Shown: in pieces, positions 1 through 13,189 of the stretch
Layout: each line of letters begins with the position of its first letter
Numbering within the stretch: position 1 is the stretch's first letter
Assembly: GCF_009914755.1 (NCBI RefSeq)
Contig: NC_060942.1
Direction: 5' to 3' (one strand)
DNA length: 64,000 nt
From: the human T2T-CHM13v2.0 reference genome, Homo sapiens
Made by a program: the position numbers and the translations under genes
Notes under the pieces: model-generated
Database searches by the model: none
What the model saw: the letters and a program-made list of their open reading frames with translations, nothing else
Told to the model about the DNA's origin: nothing

Positions 1-1143
1 TATTTCTAGATCTTGGATGTGGGCCGTCATTTTCCCTTCCTCTAGGAATTATCCTATGCTGTGTTTACATAATCTCCTCTGTTTCTTGTCAGTTTGTTAA
101 ATTCAGCATCTTGGGAGAGTTCCTCAGATTAATAACTCTCCTTTATGTTTCTTCATATCTTTGTCTTCTTGATCACATACCTTCTGATATAATATTTTCT
201 TACTTAAAGCCTTTTATCCATCAGACCGTAGTGAAAGATTGTAAGTAAATTTTTGAAAAATTAAATTAAACATTTTTACTGACTAGTTGAGCATAAATAT
301 ACCAGATTCCAAAAATGTTTACATTGTTCCTAAATTTATCTTTAGTTCGGGATTATTTCTCAACAAGTGATCACACTTTGTACTCCACATAATATTTCAT
401 ACAAAATATCTATAGCATGTGAGTCCTTCTGTACTATGAGTTTCCAGGCCCAGTGATTTAAAAATTTACTCTCTCTTTCTCTCAGTTGTCCCAAACATGC
501 AACCTGTATTCCACTTATCCAGAGCTATTTACATTTCCCAGGTGCATTGTGCCTGCTTATGCTTCTTTATGTGCAAATTGATTTTCTATACCCTGCCTGG
601 AAAATGCATGCTACCATCTGATTTTTCATTAACTTATATTCAAACTTCAAATCAAAGCTTCTATCTCTTTTACACTTTTTCCTGAAAATATCCTCTCACC
701 TTTGTAGACTGTGTCATTGTCTGTCCAGTGTGATTCAAAACCACCTTCTTGAATATGCTGTTTGTCACTATTTTCTTTCTCTCTCTCTTTACTGGTGTTT
801 CACAAAAAATTGATCTACAGACATATAAGAATTTATGTCAAAGTTATTACTGTTTTACAGAGAAAGAAAAACATTAGAAGCAACTTAAGGAGTTTTTCAT
901 AAAGCCACATTTGAAGATAATAATGCACTATTATTCATTCTCAACTAAATTCTTTCTCAATTTTGTTATTATTAAAATGCTTTTTTCTTTATCAAGTAAT
1001 CATGATGACAGGCGTCATTGTTCTTTTCTTCCTTTTTTCCTTATTTTTTTTTCCTTTCAAAGTCTTAACGTGTCATAATAAAAAGTTTGTAACATCATAT
1101 AGGTCTCTTTTTTTTTAACAGTTCTGTTGCACAGGACTCTGAA

Positions 1144-1171
<28 letters not shown>
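1144..1171. repeat. (TG)n microsatellite
   Basis: About 14 perfect GT units read directly. Confidence 0.95.
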
Positions 1172-1175
<4 letters not shown>

Positions 1176-3035
1176 GTTATCACTATTTCCCTGGTATCAT
1201 GATCAGTCATATCTAACATATGACAACATATGTTAGATAAATGAGGGATTACACCCTTACATATGCCAAACCAATTATAATTTAATAATCTAACTGGAAA
1301 GAGAATGGGATAACTACAGATACTTCCAGCACTCAGGGGCAGTAATACAGCCTGGTTGTAGGCTAAGGCTAAGTAGGTTTATGTGCCTAAGCATTTTAAT
1401 GATCCTCTAATCCCTTGTCCAGTGATTTCATTGCTTACTTTGCTCAGGACCCTAATGAAGGCAATACCCCCATAATTAATCCTCCCTGTTTTTGGAACAG
1501 CCCCATATATTCAGTGCTGCACCACTGCTGATCTGCTTATAAACTATGGAGTTATATGAGTATTTTTTGACTTCAATCCAGCACATAATTAGGGCCCACC
1601 TCACAACCTCGAGGAAAAGTAATAATTACAGAAAAAGGGCAGTGGAATGTTTTAGATCCAACATGCCAGTTCAAACTCAGCAGCAGATTATAACAGCAAC
1701 AAATTGTGACCTTTTGGTAGCACCTGTAAAGTGGTGACTGAAGATTGTTCTCTAATTGCTTCAATCATTGGCAATTGGGTGAGAAACAGTCCAATACAGA
1801 GCAGATAAAGTGATTAAATTACCTTTCTTTCCTTAAATAGCTATTTTCTGTGCTGCATTTGACTCCACCTACAGGAGCCCATCTATATGTCTATAAAAAT
1901 AAGAAGCCAAATTATTTGGGAAAGTATGGAAAAAATGTGCAGACACCATCAATCATGTAATAGAGTGAACTCATTACCTATCCTGCACCCCCACTGAAGC
2001 AAGGTGAAAATTCAATTTTAAAGAATGCTAACGCGTTTATTCTATCTTTAAGCAATTTCTTACCTGGCAGATTGGTAACTCTCTCTTTACTGTATTTCTC
2101 GAGGTGCAAATTAATTTTTGGTTCAGGTAGTAACTCATATTTGTGTAAGGAAATTGTAACAGTAAGGGCTGATCTCTTCTCAGGAAAGCAATTGAATTGA
2201 ACATAAATATACTGGATTCCAAAAATGTTGGCATTGTTCAAAACTTTATCTCTAGTTCTAGGTTATTTCCCAACAGGGTGATCATGCTTTTTTTCCCCAC
2301 AACATATTTCAATCCATGTATTTATTTATTTTTGGATATTAACAGGGCAAAAATATATAAATATTTTATGCACTACTCTAATTGCAAAGACAACTGGCTA
2401 ATGCAATTCTGAATTAAGCAAAATATATATTTTATTTATAATACAATAAATTTTTGCTCCACATATTTTTCTGGTGTAATAAGACAAAGCATTTAATATC
2501 TATTCTTAATTTTGAATGTTTAATATGTATACTTTTACATATAACTTTGAAAAAGATATTTTCAGGATAATTTCAAATAAAACACTTACCCCCTTACTCT
2601 GGGGTGAGATTTTGTGTGTATTTGTTGGGCGGACACTTTCCAGAATTGAGTATTTGCAACTAAGTAATGTTAGATATTGTAAAGTTAAACAGCAAATAAT
2701 GTTTTTGTATTGTGAATTTACAGTTATCAATATCTATGAAATATTTAGTTTGGTTAATAGGAGAAAGGCCAAAAGTGAGAAATCAGATTATTTCAAAGCT
2801 TTGAATATTGATTAAAAAAAAGATGAAGTGGAATGAAGTCAAGCCTATATTTGAATGCCCCACCCTAAAGAGACCTTGTCACCATAATAACTCTTCTTAG
2901 GGAAATGTCTGTATTTCCAAAAAAAAAAAAAAAAATGAAAAGACAAACGTCTATTGACTTTTTCAAGTTGGATGAAATGCCCCATCCTATAATGTGAGGG
3001 ATGCGTTTGCTATGAGTAAATTTTAAGTTGATAAA

Positions 3036-3560
3036 GGTCACTCACCTGCTTAAAAACTTTATTTTTCTTTATTTACACTACAATAAAAGTTGAACCCCTA
3101 AGTACTGCTTACATGATTTAATCTCACATATATTCCTTTCTTACCATCTGTCACCACACTAAACACTCCATGGTCACTAACTCCAGCCCCCTTGGCCTTC
3201 TGGCAGTTGCTCAGGGCTGTTCAAAGCTAGACTCTGGCTGGTGAACTCCTCATTAGTTCCTCTTCTGGGTATCCCCAAGTCATTTCTTCTCCTACTGATC
3301 TAAATGTCACTTCCACAGAGAAATAATTTTCACTAAGACCACTGCTCCCGATTATTTTCTACTATGGTTTTCTCAAAACAATCCATTCTTCTTCATAGAA
3401 CTTATTATGACTTGCACTGATAATTTATGCATTTATTTGTGTGATGTCTGTCTCCTGCATTCAGTCTCTTCTGTGATAGAAAGCCTCATATCCATTGGTT
3501 TTACATTATATATGAAAAACCGAACCCACAATAGTTACTCCTTAAACATTTATCAAATAC
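3036..3560 (+). mobile_element. L2 (L2a-like) 3' fragment
   Basis: Degenerate L2 3' motifs: tcactcacctgcttaaaaac, taaatgtcacttcc, ttcttcatagaacttatt, gtctgtctcc, aaacatttatcaaat. Confidence 0.6.
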
Positions 3561-4641
3561 AAGTTAAAACATGCTGTTATTGATATTATGAATAACATAC
3601 ATAGTAAAAATAACAGAAGTTTTATGTATTTTCTTAATTCATATTTATCAACTGCAGCACATGGAGTGCTGTACACTCTCCCCAAATGTTGCACTGAAAT
3701 TTCAACCAACATGTAAAACTTAGTTTTGCAACAACGGGTATAAGTAGTATTAAGGTAGGATCTTTAAATGAAAACAGCATGGTTGTAAGCTATAATGATG
3801 TACTGGCTTCTGTGAATAAAAAGCAACATTAAGATACCACTAAGGAATAAGACCATCACTGGAACATAGATGAATTGTGTGTTTTCAATCTATGAGGGTG
3901 TAACCAAAGTAGTAAATGAATCTACTCAAATACTGGCAAAAAGTAAATATTGATAATAATCATGAATGCCCTTAGAGAAAAGGTAAGAATTTAGTTGTGA
4001 TTATGTTATGATTGATCATGCTTATTCACAAAGTACTGTTTTTAATTTTTTAATCTTTAGAAATGTGTTGTACAATAATCTAGTATCTTACATATGCTTT
4101 AAAAATAGAATGGAAAAAATCATTGTCTAATGTGATCTGTGTGCTTTCACTAAACAAGTATTCTGAGCTTCGCTGGTCTGATAAATGTTATTGGTATGTG
4201 ATTTATTTTACTCTTCCAGAATTCTTCCATAAATATTAATCAAAATAAGGACATAAAGCCTCAGGCATGAAAATTATAAATAGATAGGAGAATATACCAA
4301 TTTGTCTTGTTTCCCCTAGATTGAAGAATGGAAATAATATTCATTTATTAATCGTTTCTGCTAAGAATGAAAGTATTTTGTTGGATGTCTTCTTAAACTT
4401 TACGTTGATCCTACCAAGAATGCTGAAGTAACAGTAGATTCACTTTAAAAATGGCAAACTAACTTAAATAAAGGTTAATAAGATTAAGAAATTTTTATAA
4501 AAGTTTTATCTATTAGAACTAGAGTGGAAAATCTTGGTTATCTGATTACAAATGAAGACATTTTGCCTTTTCCTTTGCTTTCTTCAAATGTCTATTTGAA
4601 ATAAAACAGGTAAGTTTCACTTCATAATCTTCTAATTACGA

Positions 4642-4938
<297 letters not shown>

Positions 4939-6507
4939 TATGATGTTAATAATTAATGTTAACATTTAATGTTTATTATTTTACTTTATTTCTTCAAAAT
5001 ATCAATGTTCTTTTCACATATGCTTCTTAAGTTTTACTAACTTGATGAATAGTTATACAAAGTAATTTCTATTGACCGCTTGTGAAAGCGGCACACACAC
5101 GATCATAAAAGGAACATTTCTTCAGAAATATTTTGAAAATGTCACAAATCATTAGCATATGATTCTTCTGTTATTTGCTGAGTGATTCTCACAATAACCT
5201 CAAGACAACTGGATCAGTCATGTCCTTTACACAAATAAAGAAAGTGAAACTCAAAATAGTTAACTAAATGTATTTTAAGCATGTGTAGCAAAAATAAGAT
5301 TAAAAAATATATATTTTTTCTTTTAGTAGAGCCCAAGTCAAATCTATGTCAAAACTTGAAATAGTCCTTAAAGCAAAATTTGAACAAGTCCCTATGAATT
5401 AATGAGATAAATGTACAACATTACTCCCAGCTACCAGATGGGGCACAGAAAAGTTCCTAAACCATGAATAAACCTAAAAAATATGTAAATTATTTTTTGA
5501 ATAAAGTGGGAAAACTTACGAAGAGGAATTTTTGTGTCCACAGAGACCTTGAATGCCTGCCAAATGTAAAGCTAACAGTAAAGACCACTGCATTGATAAA
5601 GATATCTTCTATGTTTTCTAGGATGATTCTTGCAGCAATACTGTATTACTCTCACAGTCTCTCAATATGGGACGGAGATACCAAATGAATAGAATGGTGG
5701 CAAATTAAGCATTGGGGGAGAATATAATTTAGAGGCAATCTGGTGTTTCTCTCAATAGAACTATGCTTTTGGAACAATGATTTTGTTAGTCATTTACCCA
5801 ACTTAATTAAAACAAAAAAACACGATTTATCATCCTTTTATTATATTTCAGAAACAAAGAAACATCTTTTCAGCCAGTTTCTACTGTGGCTTCATAAATG
5901 CTGAGTTAATTTTTATGTTTGCCTTGCATATTTGAGATATCTAATTCAGAATTTTTCTCCCAGCTTCTTAGTTGCTAAATGCAGTGTTAAACCCCTCACA
6001 AAGCAATTCAACAAATTGCTGATAGTTTGATGCCCGCATATCTCCAAATCTCTAGGTATATACCCTATTTATGAAGCCCTATTAAGAAATTTACTCCTTC
6101 CTCACTACAGTTTTACTGTTGAAATGTTTCATTGTAGGCTGTAACTTCAGGAAAAGAAATTGTTTTTTGCATAAGCTAGATGGGAACAACTTCCAGTATA
6201 GACTTCACAGTCTACTTTCCATTGAAATAAATAGCTTTCAGATTCCAAAAGGTCTTAGATCTCTCGGTTCCTCATTGTGGATGGAAACTCTCAATATTAC
6301 CTATATAAACTAGTAAAAACAACAAAAATATCCTATGCAATAAAAGTGCATTGCATGATATTGTAAAAGTGAATTCTATTTTCAATATAATATCAAAAAT
6401 TCTAGAGAATTTTATTTAAATTAATATGCTATAGGCTATATTCTATATATTACTAATCACACATTTGGAAAATATTTTGATTAGAACTGAAAGATTGAAA
6501 GAGATAG

Positions 6508-6913
6508 TGATTTAAGCCATTTTTGTGTTGCTATAAAGAAATACCTGAGACTGAGAAATTTATAAAGAAATGAGATTTCATTGGCTTGCTGTTCTGCAGG
6601 CTGTAAAGGAGGTATGGTGCTGGCATCTTCTGGGCTTCTGGTGAGGCCTCAGGGAGATTATTGTCATGGCAGAAGGTGAAGCAGGAGCAGGCACCTCACA
6701 TGGTGCGATCAGGAGCAAGGGATGAATGTTGGTGACCTACTGTTTTAAACAACCAGGTCTTGTGAACACTCACTCACCATCATGAGGACAGCACCAAGAC
6801 ATTCATGAGGGATATACCCCCGACCCAAACACCTTCAACCAGCCCCCACCTCCAACATTGGAGATTACATTTCTACATAAGATTTGGAGGGGACAATCAC
6901 CTAAACTATATTA
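6508..6913 (-). mobile_element. MaLR solo LTR, MSTB-like
   Basis: gctataaagaaatacctgagactg, ggcttctggtgaggcctcaggga, cccacctccaacattggagattacatt, gatttggaggggaca. Confidence 0.85.
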
Positions 6914-7297
6914 GATGGAGTAAGATGCATTAAGTGCTATAAACCAAGAGCTCAGGATTAGCAATCATAGAGTTGTTCTATTCTCTTTTTTACACAATCT
7001 GCAAATGCACACACACACACACAGCCATAAACATAAGTACATACATACACATGCCATGTACACCAAAGGGCTTTCAGCAAAACAAATGTTTATTCATTTA
7101 GGATAGGCTTTGTAAAATTTTGTCCAGGCTTCATTCAATTATTCAAAAAGCTAGTTGACATTGCCAACCTTTACACAGTTCTAGAAGTTTAGTTAAATGT
7201 TAAAAAATCTTAAATTAATGACTCCATTTGCCCATATCAGATAAAAAATTCATAGGTTAATTGATTAATATAAAACCACAATGATATAAACAGGCAT

Positions 7298-7420
7298 ATT
7301 TCTCTGAATCATTGAGTTCCTCATCTGTGAAAAAGGATGAATATTCATCTCATAGAATGCTGTGAGAATTAAATCAATGTGCTATGCAAAATGTTTGATA
7401 GACATGCAGGCAGATATTGC
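7298..7420 (+). mobile_element. MIR fragment
   Basis: Core motif ttcctcatctgtgaaaaagg followed by catagaatgctgtgagaattaaat. Confidence 0.7.
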
Positions 7421-7625
7421 TAATATAGTATTATAAAATTTTTTTTTGTAAGCTAAGGAAAGTATTTTGAATCTATTGACCTTAAGTGCCTAAATTAATG
7501 TTTGACCATGTCAACCAATATGAGTTGCTTTGGGGTGAGATCATTTAATTTTCAACTCACATATTTGAGATCAGTGTGACAATTGATCATAACTGCATGA
7601 TATTCTCCTAGGAAGCATTGTAAGG

Positions 7626-8115
7626 TGTTGTGGCATATACTCCTACTTAGCTATTCATCTTCATTGATCAAATTCTGATTTTGTTCTGTGTGGCACTGTT
7701 CTCAGAAAAAAAAAAATCTGAATTATCAGCCTCTCTTGCTGCTATGGATACCCTTGGGATAGATTACTTGTGGACAGAAATTTTCTAGGGAGGACCAGCA
7801 GATAATTTGCTTTTCCGATACAGACATTTTCTCCTTCACCCACCAATTTTCCTTCCTTCAGTCTGCAAAGTGGACATGGCTAGAGTTAGGTCAGCCATTG
7901 TTCTCTGAGAAAGTAGCATACATCAGAAAAGGCCAAATGCTGTAAATGTTAGAGCAGAAAGATAAAAAGGTTATCAGGACACTGGTGCTAACAAGCAGCC
8001 CACACCAGACCTGTGCCCTATGCCTAGTACTATGTGAGTAAAAACTAACCAATTTTAATTAAGCCATTTAAAACTGGATTTTCCTTACAAGAACAAAGTA
8101 GAATCCTTATTAACA
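7626..8115 (+). mobile_element. Old MaLR LTR (MLT1I/J/K-like)
   Basis: TG start, cagcctctcttgc and cagccattg motifs, ttaagccatt...tcctta..aaca end typical of MLT1. Confidence 0.5.
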
Positions 8116-8165
8116 GAGGTTCTTTTGCTCCTATAAACTTTCATTGCATTGTTCCTAACACTCAG

Positions 8166-8290
8166 AATTATTTAAAATAATTTAACATAATTTGTTAACA
8201 AATTTTTTAACATTTTTAAATTTGTTTTAACATATTTAACAAAATAATGTTAAAATAATTTAACATTATTATTTAAAATAATAATGTTGC
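8166..8290. repeat. AT-rich low-complexity tract with overlapping palindromes
   Basis: Reiterated ttaaca/tgttaa/aataat words; perfect inverted arms at 8243-8270 and 8262-8288. Confidence 0.8.
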
Positions 8291-8674
8291 AACTGAAGTT
8301 ATTTTGTCTCTCAAATAAGATTTAAATTATGGTCACTAAAATTTCGTATTTAAAAATCAATATTTATTATCTGTTTTGTCATAGAAAAAAAATCTATCCT
8401 GAGCACTGAAATTAGTCTTCCAAAATAAAGCCTTCCAGAGATGGATACTGAGAATTAATTAATAGCGTCATATTTAATAGATGGTAAGTCTCAAGATACT
8501 TCTAGTACATTGAAATGATTTTCTGGTCTGTTTTTTTCCTGTGAACTCACCTGTTTTCAACTCTGTGTCCACTTTCTGTTTATGAAGCAGTTCTCCAACC
8601 TTTACAACATTTGATCTTCCCACATTCCTTTATAATAATAATATATAAATCTTATTATAATCACTTTTTTATAG

Positions 8675-9212
8675 TGCCAAATCAAAAGTTACACCAAAGT
8701 TAATCAAGCAGGAAATATTTCACTAAAGGCTGTTACAATAGGGGAGAGAATCTAGAACTCAATCTGATTCAATGTTGATGAAATAAAAGTTGTAGAGTTT
8801 TTAAGAGCTGGGGTCAGAGAGATCGTAGACTATCTGTGTTTGCTAACTGGCTTTCCCCAGAGGAAAAGTAAACTCTCCTATCTTCATAACAAGAGGTAGT
8901 TTTACAACTTGTAGCAAGACTCCAGCTGAAGTTAGGCTCTACCCTCCCACAGAAACTGGGACTTAGGGGGCCTATTTCCTTGATAATTACATTGCAAAAG
9001 GATGATTCCCAGGTACATGAGAAATATATTTCTGGATATCAAAACTGGCAAGAAGCTTTAAAGATTTACATATCAAAAGAGAAAGGATTTTACAATTACA
9101 AGTTCTCTGAAGTAAATGCTCTTAAGAAAAAGGAGGTCAGGTTCCTAGAGTCCTAAGGAAGCCTGTCTAAAGTTTAATCAACCTGAGAGGAATGTTAAGG
9201 TCTTCTTGGTCA
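8675..9212 (-). mobile_element. ERV1 (MER4-group, MER67-like) solo LTR
   Basis: Minus strand begins TGACCAAGAAGACCTTAACATTCC...TAAACTTTAGACAGGCTTCC...CCTGACCTCC; about 540 bp with TG...CA ends. Confidence 0.65.
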
Positions 9213-10181
9213 ATGAAAGAAGGAGATAAGTATTTGAACTTTTCTTTTTTTTCTTCCCCCCCACACAATCAGAAACAGTAAGTTAGGGTTGAAACACAGG
9301 TCTTTAGACGCTGTAATCTATCCTAGCTCAACTTTTCTGCCTGCCTTTCTTCTTCCTATTTCCCCTCCTGCTTTGCTCTACTGATTCTGCATTTTCTTAT
9401 TCATTTTATTCTATGATATAATTTCTCTTTCTAGAAATATGTTTTAATTTTTAAAACAAAATAAAATTTTCCAGTGATTCCCAAGTTAAGAAATAACCAC
9501 TAGTAATATACTGGTATGTATATTTCCAGATGTTTTCAATAAATATAGTTATATAAAGGTACTTATGTTTGCGTATGCATATAGCTATAAAATATACCAA
9601 TATACTGCATAAGTTACACATGTATAAAAGTATAGTGATCAACCTGTATAAAAAGTTCACATGTTAAGGGTTTGTAAAGCTTGATGAATTACTTTTACCC
9701 CTTTCCCAGTATTGACAAAATCTTAAAACCTTAAAATAAACTATAACTTGTACCCTTTTCTATGTTTTAATGCTTGCATACATGAGACCTTTACATGTAT
9801 TTTAAACTTCACAATATATTATAATGAATTACTATGTTTTACTGTCAATACTCATTTATCGTGGCTCACATATTTACCTTTCCAGAGTTCCCGTTTGTAT
9901 TTCTATGCTTCCAAATGGATTAATTTTTCTTCTTTTTTAAGATTTGTTTAATGCAGGAATGTTGAAAGCAAATTTCCATAGCTTTTGTTCATTTGAAATA
10001 TCTTTATTTTACTTTTACTTTTGAAACTGATGTTTGGAGATATTTTGTTTCAGCAATTTAAATATGCTGCTCTTAACTTGTGGATTTCATTGTTTCTATA
10101 GGAAAGTCATTTGTTAGATTTAGTGTTGCTCCTTTAAAAAGAACTTGTCTTTTCTTACTCTGCTTCATTTTAGAGTATATT

Positions 10182-10484
10182 ATTACTATTATTATAATAT
10201 ATGAGGCAGTGTCTCACTCTGTCACTCAGGCAGGAGTGCAGTGATGCAATCTCAGCTCACTGCAACTTCCACCTCCTGGGTTCAAGAGATTCTTGTGCTG
10301 CAGCCGCCCGAGTAGCTGGGATTACAGGCATTTGCCACCATGCCCAGCTAATTTTTGTATTTTTAGTAGAGACGGGGTTTCACCATGTTGGACAGGCTGG
10401 TCTTGAACTCCTGGCCTCAAGTAGTTGGCCCGCCATGGACTCTCGAAGTGCCGGGATTACAGGAGTGAGCCACTGAGCCCGGCC
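10182..10484 (-). mobile_element. Alu (old S/Jb-like) with tail converted to (TAT)n
   Basis: Full dimer; TSD tagagtatatt at 10171-10181 and 10485-10495. Confidence 0.95.
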
Positions 10485-10783
10485 TAGAGTATATTCTTTA
10501 TCTATGTCTTTCAATGGTTTTATTCAAATGTTTCTACTTGTAGTGTTGCTTGCATTTATCCTTCTTTGGGATATACATTCACAGAGTTTCTGGAATCTAT
10601 GTTGCAAAGTTTTTAGCCATGTATCTATCAATATTACTTCTGCCTCAATTTTGTTTCTGTCTTCTCTTTCAAGGCCTCCAATTATGCATATATCAATGCT
10701 ATTTTTCTTTTTTTCTCATTGTTCTTCAGATCACCAGTTTTATGTTTTGTAGTGCCTAGTCTGCTGTTGCAGCTATCCATTCA

Positions 10784-10916
10784 ATTCTTAATTCTGAGAT
10801 ATATATATATAGATATATAGACATATAAACACACATATTTAAAGTTACATATATATTCTTAATTCTGAGATATATGTATGTATATATACACACACATATT
10901 TAAAGTTACATATATA
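10784..10916. repeat. Two-copy tandem duplication of about 65-70 bp
   Basis: attcttaattctgagatatat...acacacatatttaaagttacatatat occurs twice head to tail. Confidence 0.9.
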
Positions 10917-11687
10917 GTTAGCTTATTTATATATATGTGATATTTTCTGTCCTAGAATGACTACTTAATTCTTTTATATAAATTCAAATTATCTGATAAA
11001 CTTCATCATTAGTCTACAATGCTTGTGCTTTTACTCTATTTTTTAAAACTTAATAACCATATTTTAAATGCCTTGCCTTTTAAATTTGAAGCCTGAATTA
11101 TCTGTGTGTTAACTTCTATTCACTGGTAGTTTTATTGATTATTTGTTACATGCTTTTATGTCTTTGCGCATCTAGTTATTTTAGATGTTATTTTAGGAAT
11201 TCACATAGAAGCCATAAGATGGGATTCTGATCACTAAATTAATTATCAAGCTGAGTCATAGCTAGGTTTAAGTTTTGTAAGTCTCAGTCTAGTTTAGCTA
11301 ACTTACGTGCCTAGGGCCTGGCCTTGTTAGAATTTGGGCTACAAGTTTGGTGGGTCTCTACCTCTTTAGTGCTAAAAGATTATGGGAAATTACACTGTGA
11401 TCTTCAGAGTTTTTAAAATTAGGTTCTTTATTGTAACTCCATATGCAGTTATACAACTTGTTAAATAACTTGAGGAGAGATCAACTGTGTATTCAAGGTA
11501 GTTTTCTTCTCTCCGAGAGGTCCTTTCTTTTTTTGCTTCCTTCAAATATGTTCATCTAAAATTTCCAGCTACCTGTTAGAATCCCTTATCTTCAGTCTCC
11601 TGTGTCATCCTAGAACTCAGAAAGTATTCCTCAGAGGTAACTGGCCATGTACATTATATGCAACATGATGTTAATTAGTTATTCTAG

Positions 11688-11840
11688 TTCAGCGGTTCTC
11701 AGCTATAGCTATGTTGCCCCCAGAGGGACAATTAATAATGTCCAGAGATATTTTTATTTTTCACACTGTGAGTATAGAATCCAGCATTTGCTAATTAGCA
11801 TCATACAAGGCACAGAACATCCTGTAAAACAGATAATAAA
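11688..11840 (+). mobile_element. MER20-like hAT-Charlie fragment
   Basis: cagcggttctcagc...ttgcccccagagggacaatt...aatgtccagagatattttt resembles the MER20 left end. Confidence 0.65.
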
Positions 11841-11841
11841 T

Positions 11842-11870
11842 ATTTATTTATTTATTTATTTATTTATTTA
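11842..11870. repeat. (TTTA)n microsatellite
   Basis: About 7 units read directly. Confidence 0.9.
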
Positions 11871-13189
11871 CCCAAGATAGACAAACACTGAGCATTGTGG
11901 AAGACAGGGCACAGCTGGCTATTATCAACTCACCTTGGAACAGTTATGTTCTCTCTAAAATTTTCATGTAGCTAGTCTTCATTGCTTCCATAGCCCTCTG
12001 ATGCTTTCAAATAATATTTTATTTCATAACTTCTATCATTTTCTATTCTTGGAGGAAATTCTTCTCTGCAATAGCATGCTGTATTATACCCTGGTGTGCC
12101 AAAGGGTCACGGCTATACACCACAGTGCCACGCAATACAAATGTAATACAGGTTTATTTTGGATAGAACTTGCATAATTGAAGTGAAGTGTATGAAGTTC
12201 TCCGCAGATCTCATTGCCTCACAACTTAGGCTAATGAATGACAGTTGCATGTGCCATTGACCAACATTCTAGTATATAGTGATCCTGCACTTTCATGGTC
12301 TAAATCTTTATATAGATGGGAAGCCAGAAAAATCACTCAAACCACTTAAAAATATAAGAACGATTAGAGAAGAGGTGTTGATAGACAAGAAAGCCTCCAC
12401 CATCTAAGAGGTAGATTAGCCTTTTTCCTGCATTGATCTAACTCAAACCTGGTTGAGCCAGCTGTCAGCAATGTTACCACAATGGGATGGGATAAACTTC
12501 AATGATGTTATTCTACTATCAATCTATTCTCTTCTCCTAGATGGCTCATTAAATTGGGTCTATTTTACATCAGCTATAGTGGTTTCTGCAGTAATGTCTA
12601 GGAGGCCTTGTGCACCTTCTGAGCTCTGTATCTTTACTTTAAGAAAGCTGTCAATCTCTGCTTGTATCTGCCATCTGCATTATTGCTAGCAAACATTTTT
12701 AGAAGCAATCTGGGCAATTGTAGGGTTCCCCTGATTAGTTTCTCTTCTTTTAAACATCACTGACTTCCATTTTCTGCTGCCCGTTGTCTAGAAACCTTTG
12801 TTTTATATATTTGTCCTGATTTTGAGTTGATTAAAATGGGAGGATAAATCCATTACTCATAACTTCATCATGACCTATTGTGGAAGTGTCTGATACAATG
12901 TCTTTGAAGCCGTAACTCTGTTACCCTTTTTTCCCTTAAGGTCTTCCTTTTATTTTATGTATAAGTTTTAGGTATTTTAAAATCAATTTTAATAATTTGT
13001 GTTTTATTTTTAAAATGTCTAAATTTTTGTGTTGTTCAAACATGTTGAACTAATGCTGACAGAGAATGTCATAACCAGTCACTCTGAGCATGTGTGTAAC
13101 ACAGATGTCACTCAGAAGCCAATTTGACTCATTCCTGCCAATAATTTGATGCCCAACTTTCACTCACACAACTTGAAGATGCAATTGGA

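Larger units (their letters stand above)
9880..11200 (-). mobile_element. Ancient L1 (L1M/L1ME-type) ORF1-region fragment
   Basis: T-rich antisense L1 words (ttcattgtttctataggaaagtca, gttgctcctttaaa, tcaatattacttctgcc); interrupted by an Alu. Confidence 0.55.

Noticed and set aside
8466-8490. ag-ATG-gtaagt as a 3-nt microexon
   Set aside because: No pyrimidine tract or upstream TGC motif; perfect donor words occur several times by chance in 64 kb.
12080-12695. Possible unclassified LTR (TG...CA, antisense AATAAA near 12153)
   Set aside because: No matching TSD and no family recognised; needs a Dfam search.
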